Assembly: GCF_002075285.3 (NCBI RefSeq)
Contig: NZ_CP021983.2
Span: 1,860,001-1,892,000, forward strand
From: Halomicronema hongdechloris C2206
GTDB taxonomy: Bacteria > Cyanobacteriota > Cyanobacteriia > Phormidesmidales > Phormidesmidaceae
Length of the DNA stretch: 32,000 bases
Direction: 5' to 3'
Below the pieces are notes generated by a model that ran no database searches, was not told where the DNA came from, and worked only from the letters and a program-made list of their open reading frames with translations. The position numbers and the translations under genes were made by a program. This document shows, in pieces, positions 24,516 to 32,000 of this stretch. The first letter of the stretch is position 1, and each line of letters begins with the position of its first letter.

Positions 24516-25217
24516 CTAGGCGATTTGCTCTCGCATCTGCCTCACTAGGTCCTTAGCATTCCTATAGAGCTGACTGGCCATCGCCTGGTCCGGCCCTTCG
24601 GTCCCAGCCACCGCATCTGGGTAACGCACCGATAGATAAACCCCGTCCAGGTCCGCCACCCGAGCAGGCCAATCAGTCGTCTGGTCTAGTGCTAGCAGGT
24701 TAAGTAAGTCTTGCAAGGTGTGTATCGACGGCGGTAACTGTCCCTGGGCTACTAAGAGACCCTTCAGTGCCTTCTCAACAGCCTGTTGACTATGGAAACA
24801 GGCTGGGCCATAGAGCTGAGCCTGCAGCAGCACCTCAGCAGCCTGCAAGTCCTCATCGGCAAAGCCAAACCACTGCTGAGCCCCATGCATAACTCTAGCC
24901 TTCGGTAAAACTTCCTGCTGAAAGAAGAGACGTTCCTGACAGAGCTGCTGAAATTCTCCTGGGGTGTAGACCAAAATATCTGCCCCAACTCGGGGCTGCA
25001 GTCGCCGTCGCATCGCCATTATTCGGGGCCAGAAGGGCAACGGCGTCTCTTGGATCACCACCAAGTCAATATCTGACCAGGGATGAATCTCTCCCGTCAC
25101 CAACGAACCAAACACGATCACCTGCTGCACCGTGGCATCGCCCTGCAGTTGCTGCAGATACCGGCTCAACTCCTGCTGCAATTGCCGTTGTCGTTCCTGG
25201 GCCGTTGCCATCCCCAT
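24516..25217 (-). CDS. Nucleotidyltransferase domain fused to a HEPN domain (single polypeptide)
   Basis: VIVFGSLVTGEIHPWSDIDLVVI is the G-S...D-x-D pol-beta NTase motif. The C-terminal half, EDLQAAEVLL...FHSQQAVEKALKGLL...YLSVRYPD, looks like a HEPN helical bundle. Confidence 0.7.
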   Translation of the reverse strand: MGMATAQERQRQLQQELSRYLQQLQGDATVQQVIVFGSLVTGEIHPWSDIDLVVIQETPLPFWPRIMAMRRRLQPRVGADILVYTPGEFQQLCQERLFFQQEVLPKARVMHGAQQWFGFADEDLQAAEVLLQAQLYGPACFHSQQAVEKALKGLLVAQGQLPPSIHTLQDLLNLLALDQTTDWPARVADLDGVYLSVRYPDAVAGTEGPDQAMASQLYRNAKDLVRQMREQIA

Positions 25218-25247
25218 CAGGTGACTCGATACTCCATTTTGACCTGA

Positions 25248-25664
25248 TCAGCGGGAGCTCACCAAAATCACCCCACAGATGATCAACCCCAAGCCCACAA
25301 TGCGGCTCAGGGGCAGGGGTTCCTTAAACACTAAATAGCCCGCCAGCACCGAAAACAGATAGATCAAGGCCGCGGCCGGAGCCGCTACGCTGAGAGGCAC
25401 CCGAGTCAGCACCAGAATGTAGGCAATGGCCCCCAAACCATAGGCGGCCAGCCCACCTAGCAAGGCCGGAATCGTCGCCATACTGATCATATGGCTGACC
25501 ACATTCGCGGCCGTCACCTGGCCCAGTTTTAGAGCCCCCAGCTTCAGCAGCAACTGCCCCAGGGAACTGGCGCAGACTGCTATCAGTAACAGGCCAAACT
25601 CATAGAGACTCACCGCCACCCTTCCCGCAAAAACCCATTTAGCATACCGCGCCAACGGGGACAT
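25248..25664 (-). CDS. Small four-TM EamA/SMR-like membrane protein (ArnE/ArnF-like)
   Basis: 138 aa. LGQLLLKLG, then three further helices ending in VGLGLIICGVILVSS. It resembles undecaprenyl-phosphate-aminoarabinose flippase subunits. Confidence 0.5.
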   Translation of the reverse strand: MSPLARYAKWVFAGRVAVSLYEFGLLLIAVCASSLGQLLLKLGALKLGQVTAANVVSHMISMATIPALLGGLAAYGLGAIAYILVLTRVPLSVAAPAAALIYLFSVLAGYLVFKEPLPLSRIVGLGLIICGVILVSSR

Positions 25665-25826
25665 GGGGAGTGGGGGAGTGGGGGAGTGGGGGAGTGGGGG
25701 AGTAATGGGGTGATGGGGAGGGCGGAGGAAAGTGATGAGTGATGAGTGATGAGTGTTGAGTGTTGAGTGAGTGAATGTTTTGGTTCCCTGCCCAACGGTG
25801 GATGGGGAAAGAGGGTAGGGGCGTGG
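25665..25826. repeat. STRR-like tandem arrays (gggggagt x4-5, gtgatga x3, gtgttga x2) plus a shared 23-mer
   Basis: 8-mer array at 25665-25703 directly abuts the start codon at 25664. Heptamer arrays lie at 25732-25766. The 23-mer ggggaaagagggtaggggcgtgg (25804-25826) is identical to 29601-29623. Confidence 0.85.
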
Positions 25827-25871
25827 GAAAAGGCAGAAGTTAGAGGGCAGAAGGCAGAAAACCCCATCGCC

Positions 25872-26058
25872 ACCTTGCCAATGCGACGCGCTCCATAACG
25901 ACCAACCGACATGCCCTTCCGCAGGTCCAGGGCAGCAGCGTGGGAAAAGGCAGCGGGCTTCAATTCAAAATTCAAAATTCAAAATTTATTGCTACCTTGC
26001 CAATGCGACGCGCTCCATAACGACCAATCGACCAGCCCTTCCGCAGGTCCAGGGCAGC
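25872..26058. repeat. Two 65-bp direct repeats separated by an attcaaa x3 heptamer array
   Basis: 25872-25936 versus 25994-26058 show 3 mismatches in 65 bp. attcaaa x3 lies at 25963-25983. Confidence 0.85.
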
Positions 26059-26257
26059 GGTTTGCCCTGGTCGTAGGGGGCCGGGGAAGCGAAATTCCCC
26101 GGGTGAGCACCCCGAGCTAAACAATTAAGTGTGGTCTTATCGAGGTTCAGCACCACTGATCGATAGATACGCCCTGCCAACGGTTCCAGGTTTATAGTCA
26201 GCAACCTGCTGGGGCGGCCTCAAGCCGGCAATACAAACTCAACGATGATCCTTGAGG

Positions 26258-26707
26258 CTACTCATACAGCCAGGGCCTCTGGCAAGACTCCCAAGCGATC
26301 AGTTCCCCGGCATCGAACCAGAGATCGATCTCGGCCTCAGCCGTCTCTAGAGCATCGGAGCCGTGGATAATATTGCGACCGATGGTGAGGCCGTAGTCGC
26401 CGCGAATGGTGCCAGGCTCTGCCGAGAGAGGATTGGTGGCCCCGATCAGCTTACGAGCCGAGGTAATCACCCCGTTCCCTTGCCAGACCATGGCGATCAC
26501 GGGGCCTGAAATGATGAAATCCACCAGGCTGCCGAAGAAGGGCTTGTCTCGGTGGACGGCGTAGTGTTTCTCGGCTAACTCTTTCGAGACGGTCATCGCT
26601 TTCATGCCCACCAAGGTGAATCCCTTGGTTTCAAAACGACTAATAATATCGCCTACCAGCCCGCGTTGTACCCCATCAGGCTTGATCATCAAGAAGGTCC
26701 GTTCCAC
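26258..26707 (-). CDS. ndk: Nucleoside diphosphate kinase
   Basis: [26 protein letters not shown]...NIIHGSD carries the catalytic His. 149 aa. GTG start with AGGAG upstream. Confidence 0.95.
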   Translation of the reverse strand: MERTFLMIKPDGVQRGLVGDIISRFETKGFTLVGMKAMTVSKELAEKHYAVHRDKPFFGSLVDFIISGPVIAMVWQGNGVITSARKLIGATNPLSAEPGTIRGDYGLTIGRNIIHGSDALETAEAEIDLWFDAGELIAWESCQRPWLYE

Positions 26708-27200
26708 AGATTCCTGCTCCTAACTGCGTCGTTAACCTTCTCTATGCTCAGGATAAGGTGGCACCTTTGTAAAGTTGCTTAACTGAAAATTTGTCAGGGT
26801 GTCTAGCCCACCAGCAGCACGAGTAGAAGGAAAAGCATGGTGATTAGGGTAGAGCCCTGAAAGACTTCCGTAGCAAGCTGACGTTCGAATTTCATGATGG
26901 TTCTTCCAAACGAGAAGGGACATCGTGTTGACTCGTCTTAAGAATAGGGTGAGCATTTGCTCGCAGGCGAGTTTACAACGGCTTAGTGACAAGATGTTGC
27001 TCAAGGACACACAAAGGTATCGCTGTGTATCACATTCTCAGATTTCAGCGTTGGTCTTCGAGACGCACGGTAGCAGTCGGCCGAGTAGTTTGTTCCGCCC
27101 GATTGTCACCCAGATCGACCCGGCTTCGACCTTCTGGCCTGCCTCCGAGGAGCATCAACGCTCCTTCGAGAAACGGGCCGTCAGCCAGGGCAGGCCCTGA

Positions 27201-28304
27201 TTACCCCAGGGTGAGGGTGGTGTGATTATCGCGGCGCTGGGGCCGGCCATCGGGGCCTAGGGCGCTGAATTGTTCCAGATACCGGGCGGGGCTTGCCGGC
27301 AGGTGAGAAAAGTCGAAGAGGGGATCGCCGGCGGCGATGGTGGCCCAAAACTCGTTTAGATGGGGGACCACGGTGGCGGCTTCGGCGGCGGGCAGGTTCA
27401 AGGGTGGGGCTGTCAGGAATTTGGTCATGAAGGGGGTGGCGCGATCGCACATCCACTGGCGAGAGCTGGCCTGTAAATCAGGCCAGTCGGGTACGGTGGT
27501 GACGTGATGGGTCTCGATGGTGAGCTGTAGCGGACCACTTTGGGGCCGATATAGGTCAATTAGGCGATAGGGGTGGGGATAACTGACCAGAGAACCGGTG
27601 GTGATTTCGTAGAGGCTACCCTGCTGGGCCACGTCTTGGACATGGAGGTGGCCGGTAAACAGGAGTTGTACGCCGTAGCGGTGAAGAATATCCAGTAGGG
27701 TCTGGCGATTGGCCACCAGATATCGTTGCCCCAGAGGACTAGCTGCCTGGCCCGGCAAATGCTCTAGCACGTTGTGGTGCACCATGACCAACACCAAGCT
27801 ATGGCTGAGGCTGGCCAGGGTGGCCTCTAGCCAGGCCAGTTGCTCCGGGTCGATGTGGCCCACTCGTAGCTGCTGGCCCTGGGCATCGAACCCAATGGAG
27901 TTGAGGCCGATGAGATGCACACCGGCGGCTAGGGGTTGGCAGTAGTAGGGACGGTCGCTGTCGTAGCCTAGGCCTCGATATTGCCGGGAAAAGTCGGCCA
28001 GGCTGAGGGTGCGCTCATCTCCCTGCTGCACCAGCACATGTGGTTGCCTAGCACCCCATACACCGGGAAGGAAGGGTTTCCAGGCGCTGGGCCAGCCACC
28101 GATGTTCACCCGGCTCCCCGTGTTGGGTCAGATCGCCGGGGCAGCAGCAGGAAGTCCAGATCGAGACGGCACAGGTGGCCGGTTGGCAGAACCTGCTCCA
28201 GGCCGGGATACTGACCTCTACCAGATGAAAGCGATTGTCAATGGCCAGATGGTTTCGGGCAGGGCCACATGGGGATCACTGATGACGGCAAAGCGCAGGT
28301 GCAT
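27201..28304 (-). pseudogene. Calcineurin-like metallophosphoesterase disrupted by about five single-base indels in its 5' quarter
   Basis: The 302-aa ORF (27201-28109) lacks the N-terminal metal motifs. These are found upstream in shifted frames: MHLRFAVISDPH (ATG 28304), NRFHLVEVSIPA, LDLDFLLLP, GDLTQHGEP and VYGVLGNH. The minus-strand frame path is 2>0>1>0>1>2. Confidence 0.65.
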
Positions 28305-28476
28305 GGCGACGAAATGCTGGAGTGTGCTGGTCACGGCATGGACTGGTAGGGGCCAAGGGCATGGTCCTAGACCCCCTCCTCGATCCTAAGCCAACCTGGG
28401 CACAGCCTGAACCACTAGCGGGCTAGGATAGATAGCTGATGACAGCCAGCAAGGACAGCGAGGGAGGGTCAATCCC

Positions 28477-29132
28477 GTGGCCGTGGTACGTGTGCGACAA
28501 CATGTCAACCCCTTGAGTGAGAGGTACCAGCAGCCAGTGGATCCCCCTACCTGGTCGGCAATCTATGGGCGGCCTCAGCAGCCGCTGCATCTGGATATCG
28601 GCTGTGGCAAGGGCGAGTTCTTGTTCCAGATGGCCACCCTACAGCCAGAGTGGAACTTTCTGGGGGTAGAGATCCGCAGGCCGCTGGTGCAACGGGCCCT
28701 GCAGTGGCGGGATCAGGCGGCCCTGGAAAATCTGCATTTTCTTTTCTGCAATGTCAATGTGTCCCTCAGGCACCTCCTCGATAGCCCGGCAGCACCGCCC
28801 CTGCATCGGGTCAGCATTCAGTTTCCCGATCCTTGGTTCAAAAAGCGACACCAGAAGCGGCGGGTAGTGCAACCGGAACTGGTAGCCGAGCTGTCGGCCT
28901 TCTTGGTGTCGGCAGGCCAGGTAGTGGTGCAGTCGGATGTGGAGGCCGTGGCCCAGGAGATGTGCGATCGCATCGCCGAACACCCCGCCTTTCAACGATC
29001 CCACTCGGGTTGGCTACCAGCGAGTCCCTTCCCGGCCCGGAGCGGGAGCGAGAACGCATCACCCTAGAGAAAGGTGACCCCGTCTATCGAGCAGAATTTA
29101 TTCGATGCCAGGAGCCAGGGGACAGGGAGTAG
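28477..29132 (+). pseudogene. trmB: tRNA (guanine-N7)-methyltransferase TrmB with a frameshift near the 3' end (or a sequencing error)
   Basis: VRQHVNPL...LDIGCGKGEFL...FPDPWFKKRHQKRR is the TrmB signature. The expected C-terminus ERERITLEKGDPVYRAEF is in another frame (ORF 28833-29132). The switch occurs around ccggcccgg, 29031-29039. GTG start. Confidence 0.75.
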
Positions 29133-29145
29133 GGGGCAAGGTAGG

Positions 29146-29535
29146 GTGATGGGGAGCGGAGAGGTGGGGAAAGGATGAAGGATGAAGGATGAAGGATGAA
29201 GGATGAAGGATGAAGGATGAAGGATGAAGGATGAAGGAATGAAAGGCGGGAGGTGGGGTGATGGGGTGATGGGGAGCGGAGAGGTGGGGAAAGGATGAAG
29301 GATGAAGGATGAAGGATGAAGGAATGAAAGGCGGGGAGGTGGGGTGATGGGTGGATGGGGAGCCGGAGAGGTGGGGAAAGGATGAAGGATGAAGATGATG
29401 AAGGATGAAGGAATGAAAGGCGGGAGGTGGGGTGATGGGGTGATGGGGAGCGGAGAGGTGGGGAAAGGATGAAGGATGAAGGATGAAGGATGAAGGAATG
29501 AAAGGCGGGGAGGTGGTGGGGTGATGGGGTGATGG
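29146..29535. repeat. Higher-order tandem repeat: four 86-120-bp units, each containing a ggatgaa heptamer array
   Basis: The unit anchor gatggggagcggagaggtggggaaagg recurs at 29148, 29268, 29354 and 29442. Heptamer copies number 9, 4, about 4 and 4. The plus strand is almost pure purine. Confidence 0.9.
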
Positions 29536-29623
29536 GAGTGAGTAGCGTGGGTCATTTTACCTAGGCGGCGGAAATTATGCGTGGCCAGGGAAGGACCCAC
29601 GGGGAAAGAGGGTAGGGGCGTGG
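29536..29623. repeat. Dispersed 72-bp module plus the shared 23-mer (same family as 21491-21561 and 25804-25826)
   Basis: gagtgagtagcgtgggtcattttacctaggcggcggaaattatgcgtggccagggaaggacccacggggaaa is about 93% identical to 21491-21561. It is followed by the 23-mer identical to 25804-25826. Confidence 0.85.
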
Positions 29624-29651
29624 TTACCGCCGCCCAATGCAGAAAACCGGC

Positions 29652-31010
29652 CTAAATCCAAGACGGCAGCCAGAACCGCCGCTGCCAGGCTGCCGGCGTC
29701 AGCGGCCAGCCCAGATATAGCGGCAACCAAAAGAGAAAAGCCACGGCAATGGCCCCCAGCAGCAGCCATGCCGCCAGCCGGTGACGACCCTGGAGCCAGC
29801 CACTGATTAGCCAGGCCAGGGCCATCAGACTCACCACCAGAGACCCGAAATAGTGGTAGAGAAACGTGCAGCGGCTGACTAGCAGCCAGGGCAACCAGTT
29901 GGTGGCGTAATTCACCAGCAGGAAGGGAGCAATGCCATCTCCCGGCCTAGCCCCCCAGTGGCGCCACCGACTCAGGACCTTTGCCAGCAGGACCAGGATC
30001 GCCGCCGTCGACAACCACCAGAGGATGGGATTGCCCAAGCCGTGCACGTCATAGATTACCTCCGACAGATTCCCCGACAGCGGCCGCCGTTGATAGACAT
30101 AGGCAATGGGTCGCAGCAGCAGGGGCCAGGTATACCAGGCCGAACAGTAGGGATGACTGACCCCGCCGATCTGCTGGTGGGTCTGCCAGATCTGCCAGTG
30201 GATGCTCAGCAAATTGGTCTGGGCCAGGTGCAGATGGGGCAGCCACAGCAGGCCATAGGTGGCCAGGGGCACCAACCCCAGAGAGAGGATGCCTTGCCGC
30301 CAGGGCACTCCCCGCAGCGTGGGCGGCACCTGTTCCCGTAGTCGAGGCCAATGGCCGATGCCTGCCAGCAGTACTAGGGCCAGCCAGAAGCCAGCCCCGT
30401 TCCACTTCACCGCCATGGCGGCCCCCAGGGCCAGACCAGCCCCTAGACGCCAGGGTAATCGGGGCGACTGCAGCCACAGGGCCTGACCCAGCAGCCCCAA
30501 CAGCAGCCAGTAGATGTTAATCAGGCCATAGCGGGATTCCACCAGGCTAAAGCCCTCGACAGCCATGAGCCCGGCGGCCACCAGGGTAATCGTGGTCCGG
30601 CCAGCCTGGGAGCAGGGCCGGGCTAACCCATAGGCCAGCCCCGCCACCACTGGCACCAGCAGGCTACCGGTCACAGCATTCAGCCAGCGGTAGCTGATCG
30701 GGCTGAGGGCCAGGCCCGTTTCGCCATTGCTGGGCAGCCCTGCCAGGGGCACTTGCTGGGCCAGCCAGATGCCCAGGGCAATCAGGTATTTACCCAGGGG
30801 GGGATGGGCGTCGAAACTAGGGGTCTGGTGCAGGTAATCGACGGCGAACTGCACGTAGTAGACTTCGTCGAAGACTAGGGTATTGAAGCGGCCCAGCTGC
30901 CACAGCCGCAGCCCCAAGGCCAAGCCCCAGAACAGACCGATTCCCAAGGCCAGGGGGTGCTGGGTCAACAGTTTCCACTGCCGAATTAACCGATGCCAGA
31001 AAGCAATCAT
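29652..31010 (-). CDS. GT-C glycosyltransferase, GT39/PMT-like (phospholipid-carrier-dependent glycosyltransferase)
   Basis: FNTLVFDEVYYVQFAVDYL...FDAHPPLGKYLIALGIW carries the DE and HPPLGK motifs of the PMT/ArnT-like family. 452 aa and polytopic. Confidence 0.85.
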   Translation of the reverse strand: MIAFWHRLIRQWKLLTQHPLALGIGLFWGLALGLRLWQLGRFNTLVFDEVYYVQFAVDYLHQTPSFDAHPPLGKYLIALGIWLAQQVPLAGLPSNGETGLALSPISYRWLNAVTGSLLVPVVAGLAYGLARPCSQAGRTTITLVAAGLMAVEGFSLVESRYGLINIYWLLLGLLGQALWLQSPRLPWRLGAGLALGAAMAVKWNGAGFWLALVLLAGIGHWPRLREQVPPTLRGVPWRQGILSLGLVPLATYGLLWLPHLHLAQTNLLSIHWQIWQTHQQIGGVSHPYCSAWYTWPLLLRPIAYVYQRRPLSGNLSEVIYDVHGLGNPILWWLSTAAILVLLAKVLSRWRHWGARPGDGIAPFLLVNYATNWLPWLLVSRCTFLYHYFGSLVVSLMALAWLISGWLQGRHRLAAWLLLGAIAVAFLFWLPLYLGWPLTPAAWQRRFWLPSWI

Positions 31011-31078
31011 GCCCCCTACTGTGCCATGCCCCTACTGTGCCATGCCCCCTACTGTGCCATGCCCCTACTGTGCCATGG
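31011..31078. repeat. Tandem 17/16-bp repeat (a 33-bp unit x2) abutting the GT-C start codon
   Basis: Units catgccccctactgtgc / catgcccctactgtgc. On the minus strand each unit ends in ATG, at 31010, 31027, 31043, 31060 and 31076. Confidence 0.9.
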
Positions 31079-31107
31079 TGGAGACATAGCATTGGATAAT
31101 CCTAGGG

Positions 31108-31746
31108 ATGAGATCTCACGACCACCGCCGCCATGCCCCAGCTACGGCTCGCAACCGGGAGCCCATCTTGCAGGTGCTAGAGCGGGTGCTGCCCCCCCAA
31201 GGCACCGTTCTAGAAATTGCCAGTGGCAGTGGCGAACATGCGATTTTCTTTGCCCCCCGCTTAGCGGGCCGCCATTGGCTACCCAGCGACATAGATCCCT
31301 CGGCCCTGACTAGCATCGAAGCCTGGCGTCAGACCCACCCCTGCGATAGCCTGGCCGCACCGGTGAGATTGGATGCCACCGATTCTGCCTGGCCCCAGAC
31401 CGTCACCCAGCACGTCCCTGAGAATTGCCCGGTCGTGGCCATCGTTACCATTAATATGATTCATATCAGTCCCTGGCAGAGTTGCCTGGGGCTAATGGCC
31501 GGGGCTGGCGCCTTGCTACCCCCCCAGGGAGTGCTCTACCTCTATGGCCCCTTTCAGCGCCATGGCAGGCACACAGCTCCCAGCAATGAGGCCTTCGACC
31601 GGTCTTTTTGCGATCGCAAAACCCGGCCTGGGGCGTGCGTCCCCTAGAAGCGGTAGCCGGAGGTGGCTGCCGCCCAGGGGCTCACCCTGGATGAGGTGGT
31701 GGAGATGCCGGCCAATAACTTGTCGGTGATCTTCCGGCGGGAGTAA
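31108..31746 (+). pseudogene. DUF938-family SAM-methyltransferase-fold protein interrupted by two compensating single-base indels
   Basis: APATARNREPILQVLERVLP...VLEIASGSGEHAIFFAPRL...WLPSD is the DUF938 pattern. The expected tail LRSQNPAWGVRPLEAVA lies in a shifted frame, then EVAAAQGLTLDEVVEMPANNLSVIFRRE* returns to the original frame. The switches are at the T-run 31605-31609 and near 31659. Confidence 0.7.
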
Positions 31747-32000
31747 GGCTCTAGACGTGGTTGAAGAGGGAGACCAAGTTCCCAGCCTGGGCCTGAGTTC
31801 ATGAAACCTTTACGATTCCGGCATGCTATATGTCGCCGCCATCAAGCCTAGGAAGTGCTGGAACCCGTTGAGCCTTAATTCAGTCTTTAGAGCCAGCTAG
31901 CGCATCAGAGACTGTGGTTTTCTGATGATTCCTAGGAAATCTGACTAGGTTTGCCTAATGCCTAGGCAAGCCACCAGGGGGCTCATCTAACCGCGTTCAA

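Noticed and set aside
25610-26204. ORFs 25610-25975 (121 aa), 25992-26204 (70 aa) and 25911-26120 (+)
   Set aside because: They lie entirely in the repeat-filled spacer. Their sequences mirror the 8-mer, heptamer and 65-bp repeats, and they have no start context.
26205-26257. Possible terminator hairpin downstream of ndk (gcctcaag ... cttgaggc)
   Set aside because: It has an 8-bp stem with a loop of about 24 nt that overlaps the stop codon, and no U-tract. It is not a convincing intrinsic terminator.
26732-27200. ORFs 26732-27010 (-, 92 aa) and 26925-27200 (+, 91 aa) in the ndk/phosphoesterase spacer
   Set aside because: They have no recognisable motifs and overlap each other on opposite strands, with odd composition and no convincing SD. 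I left them unannotated. Only the 30-codon micro-ORF is flagged, as speculative.
27981-28389. Plus-strand ORFs 27981-28214 and 28009-28389
   Set aside because: They overlie the decayed 5' part of the metallophosphoesterase, where family motifs are readable on the minus strand. They are Arg/Pro/Gly-rich shadow translations.
29146-29535. Possible CRISPR array
   Set aside because: The units are imperfect tandem copies with internal heptamer microsatellites. There are no unique spacers between conserved repeats and no cas genes in the window.
29064-29600. 178-aa minus-strand ORF rich in Pro/Ser/His (HPFPTSPLPITPSPH...)
   Set aside because: It is the translation of the ggatgaa/gtgatgggg tandem array. 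The periodic low-complexity sequence is generated by the repeat and is not a protein signal.
30817-31313. ORFs 30817-31092 (-), 30883-31089 (+), 30993-31313 (+) and 31116-31316 (-)
   Set aside because: They cross the 17/16-bp tandem repeat or lie antisense to the GT-C and DUF938 genes. Their repetitive GTVGAWHSRGH-type sequence derives from the repeat.

Overview
Probably a cyanobacterial chromosome fragment: 15 HIP1 octamers (GCGATCGC), DUF29 and Uma2 paralogues, and STRR-like heptamer arrays. (1) Bases 1-18830 hold 17 genes, all on the minus strand and many joined by 4-nt ATGA overlaps. They form a low-GC, compositionally mosaic surface-polysaccharide/O-antigen-type cluster. It contains a Wzx flippase fragment, polytopic membrane proteins, a GT2, an AsnB-like amidotransferase, two DegT aminotransferases, a short formyltransferase, a methyltransferase, and a WbpA/B/D/E-like cassette for a 2,3-diacetamido-glucuronate sugar. 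Two things stand out in it. One is a vitamin-K-carboxylase-like (HTTM) membrane domain fused to a DCC thiol-disulfide oxidoreductase, coupled to a 3-TM partner. The other is a DUF29 gene plus a host-GC oxidoreductase segment embedded in the Wbp-like cassette. (2) GC rises abruptly at about 18835. Bases 18830-25300 are an accessory stretch: a Zn-ribbon protein, a hairpin MITE-like element, a DUF29 remnant, an intact DUF29, two Uma2 endonucleases, an orphan Wzz-like gene, an MBL hydrolase and an NTase-HEPN fusion. (3) Bases 25300-32000 hold an ArnE-like protein, ndk, a decayed metallophosphoesterase, trmB, a GT39/PMT-like glycosyltransferase and a DUF938 gene. Three of these genes are interrupted by eight single-base indels in total. 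Intergenic DNA here is filled with modular purine-rich tandem repeats. I recognised no rRNA, tRNA, CRISPR array, transposase or integrase. All family assignments come from motif recognition by eye and need HMM/BLAST confirmation.
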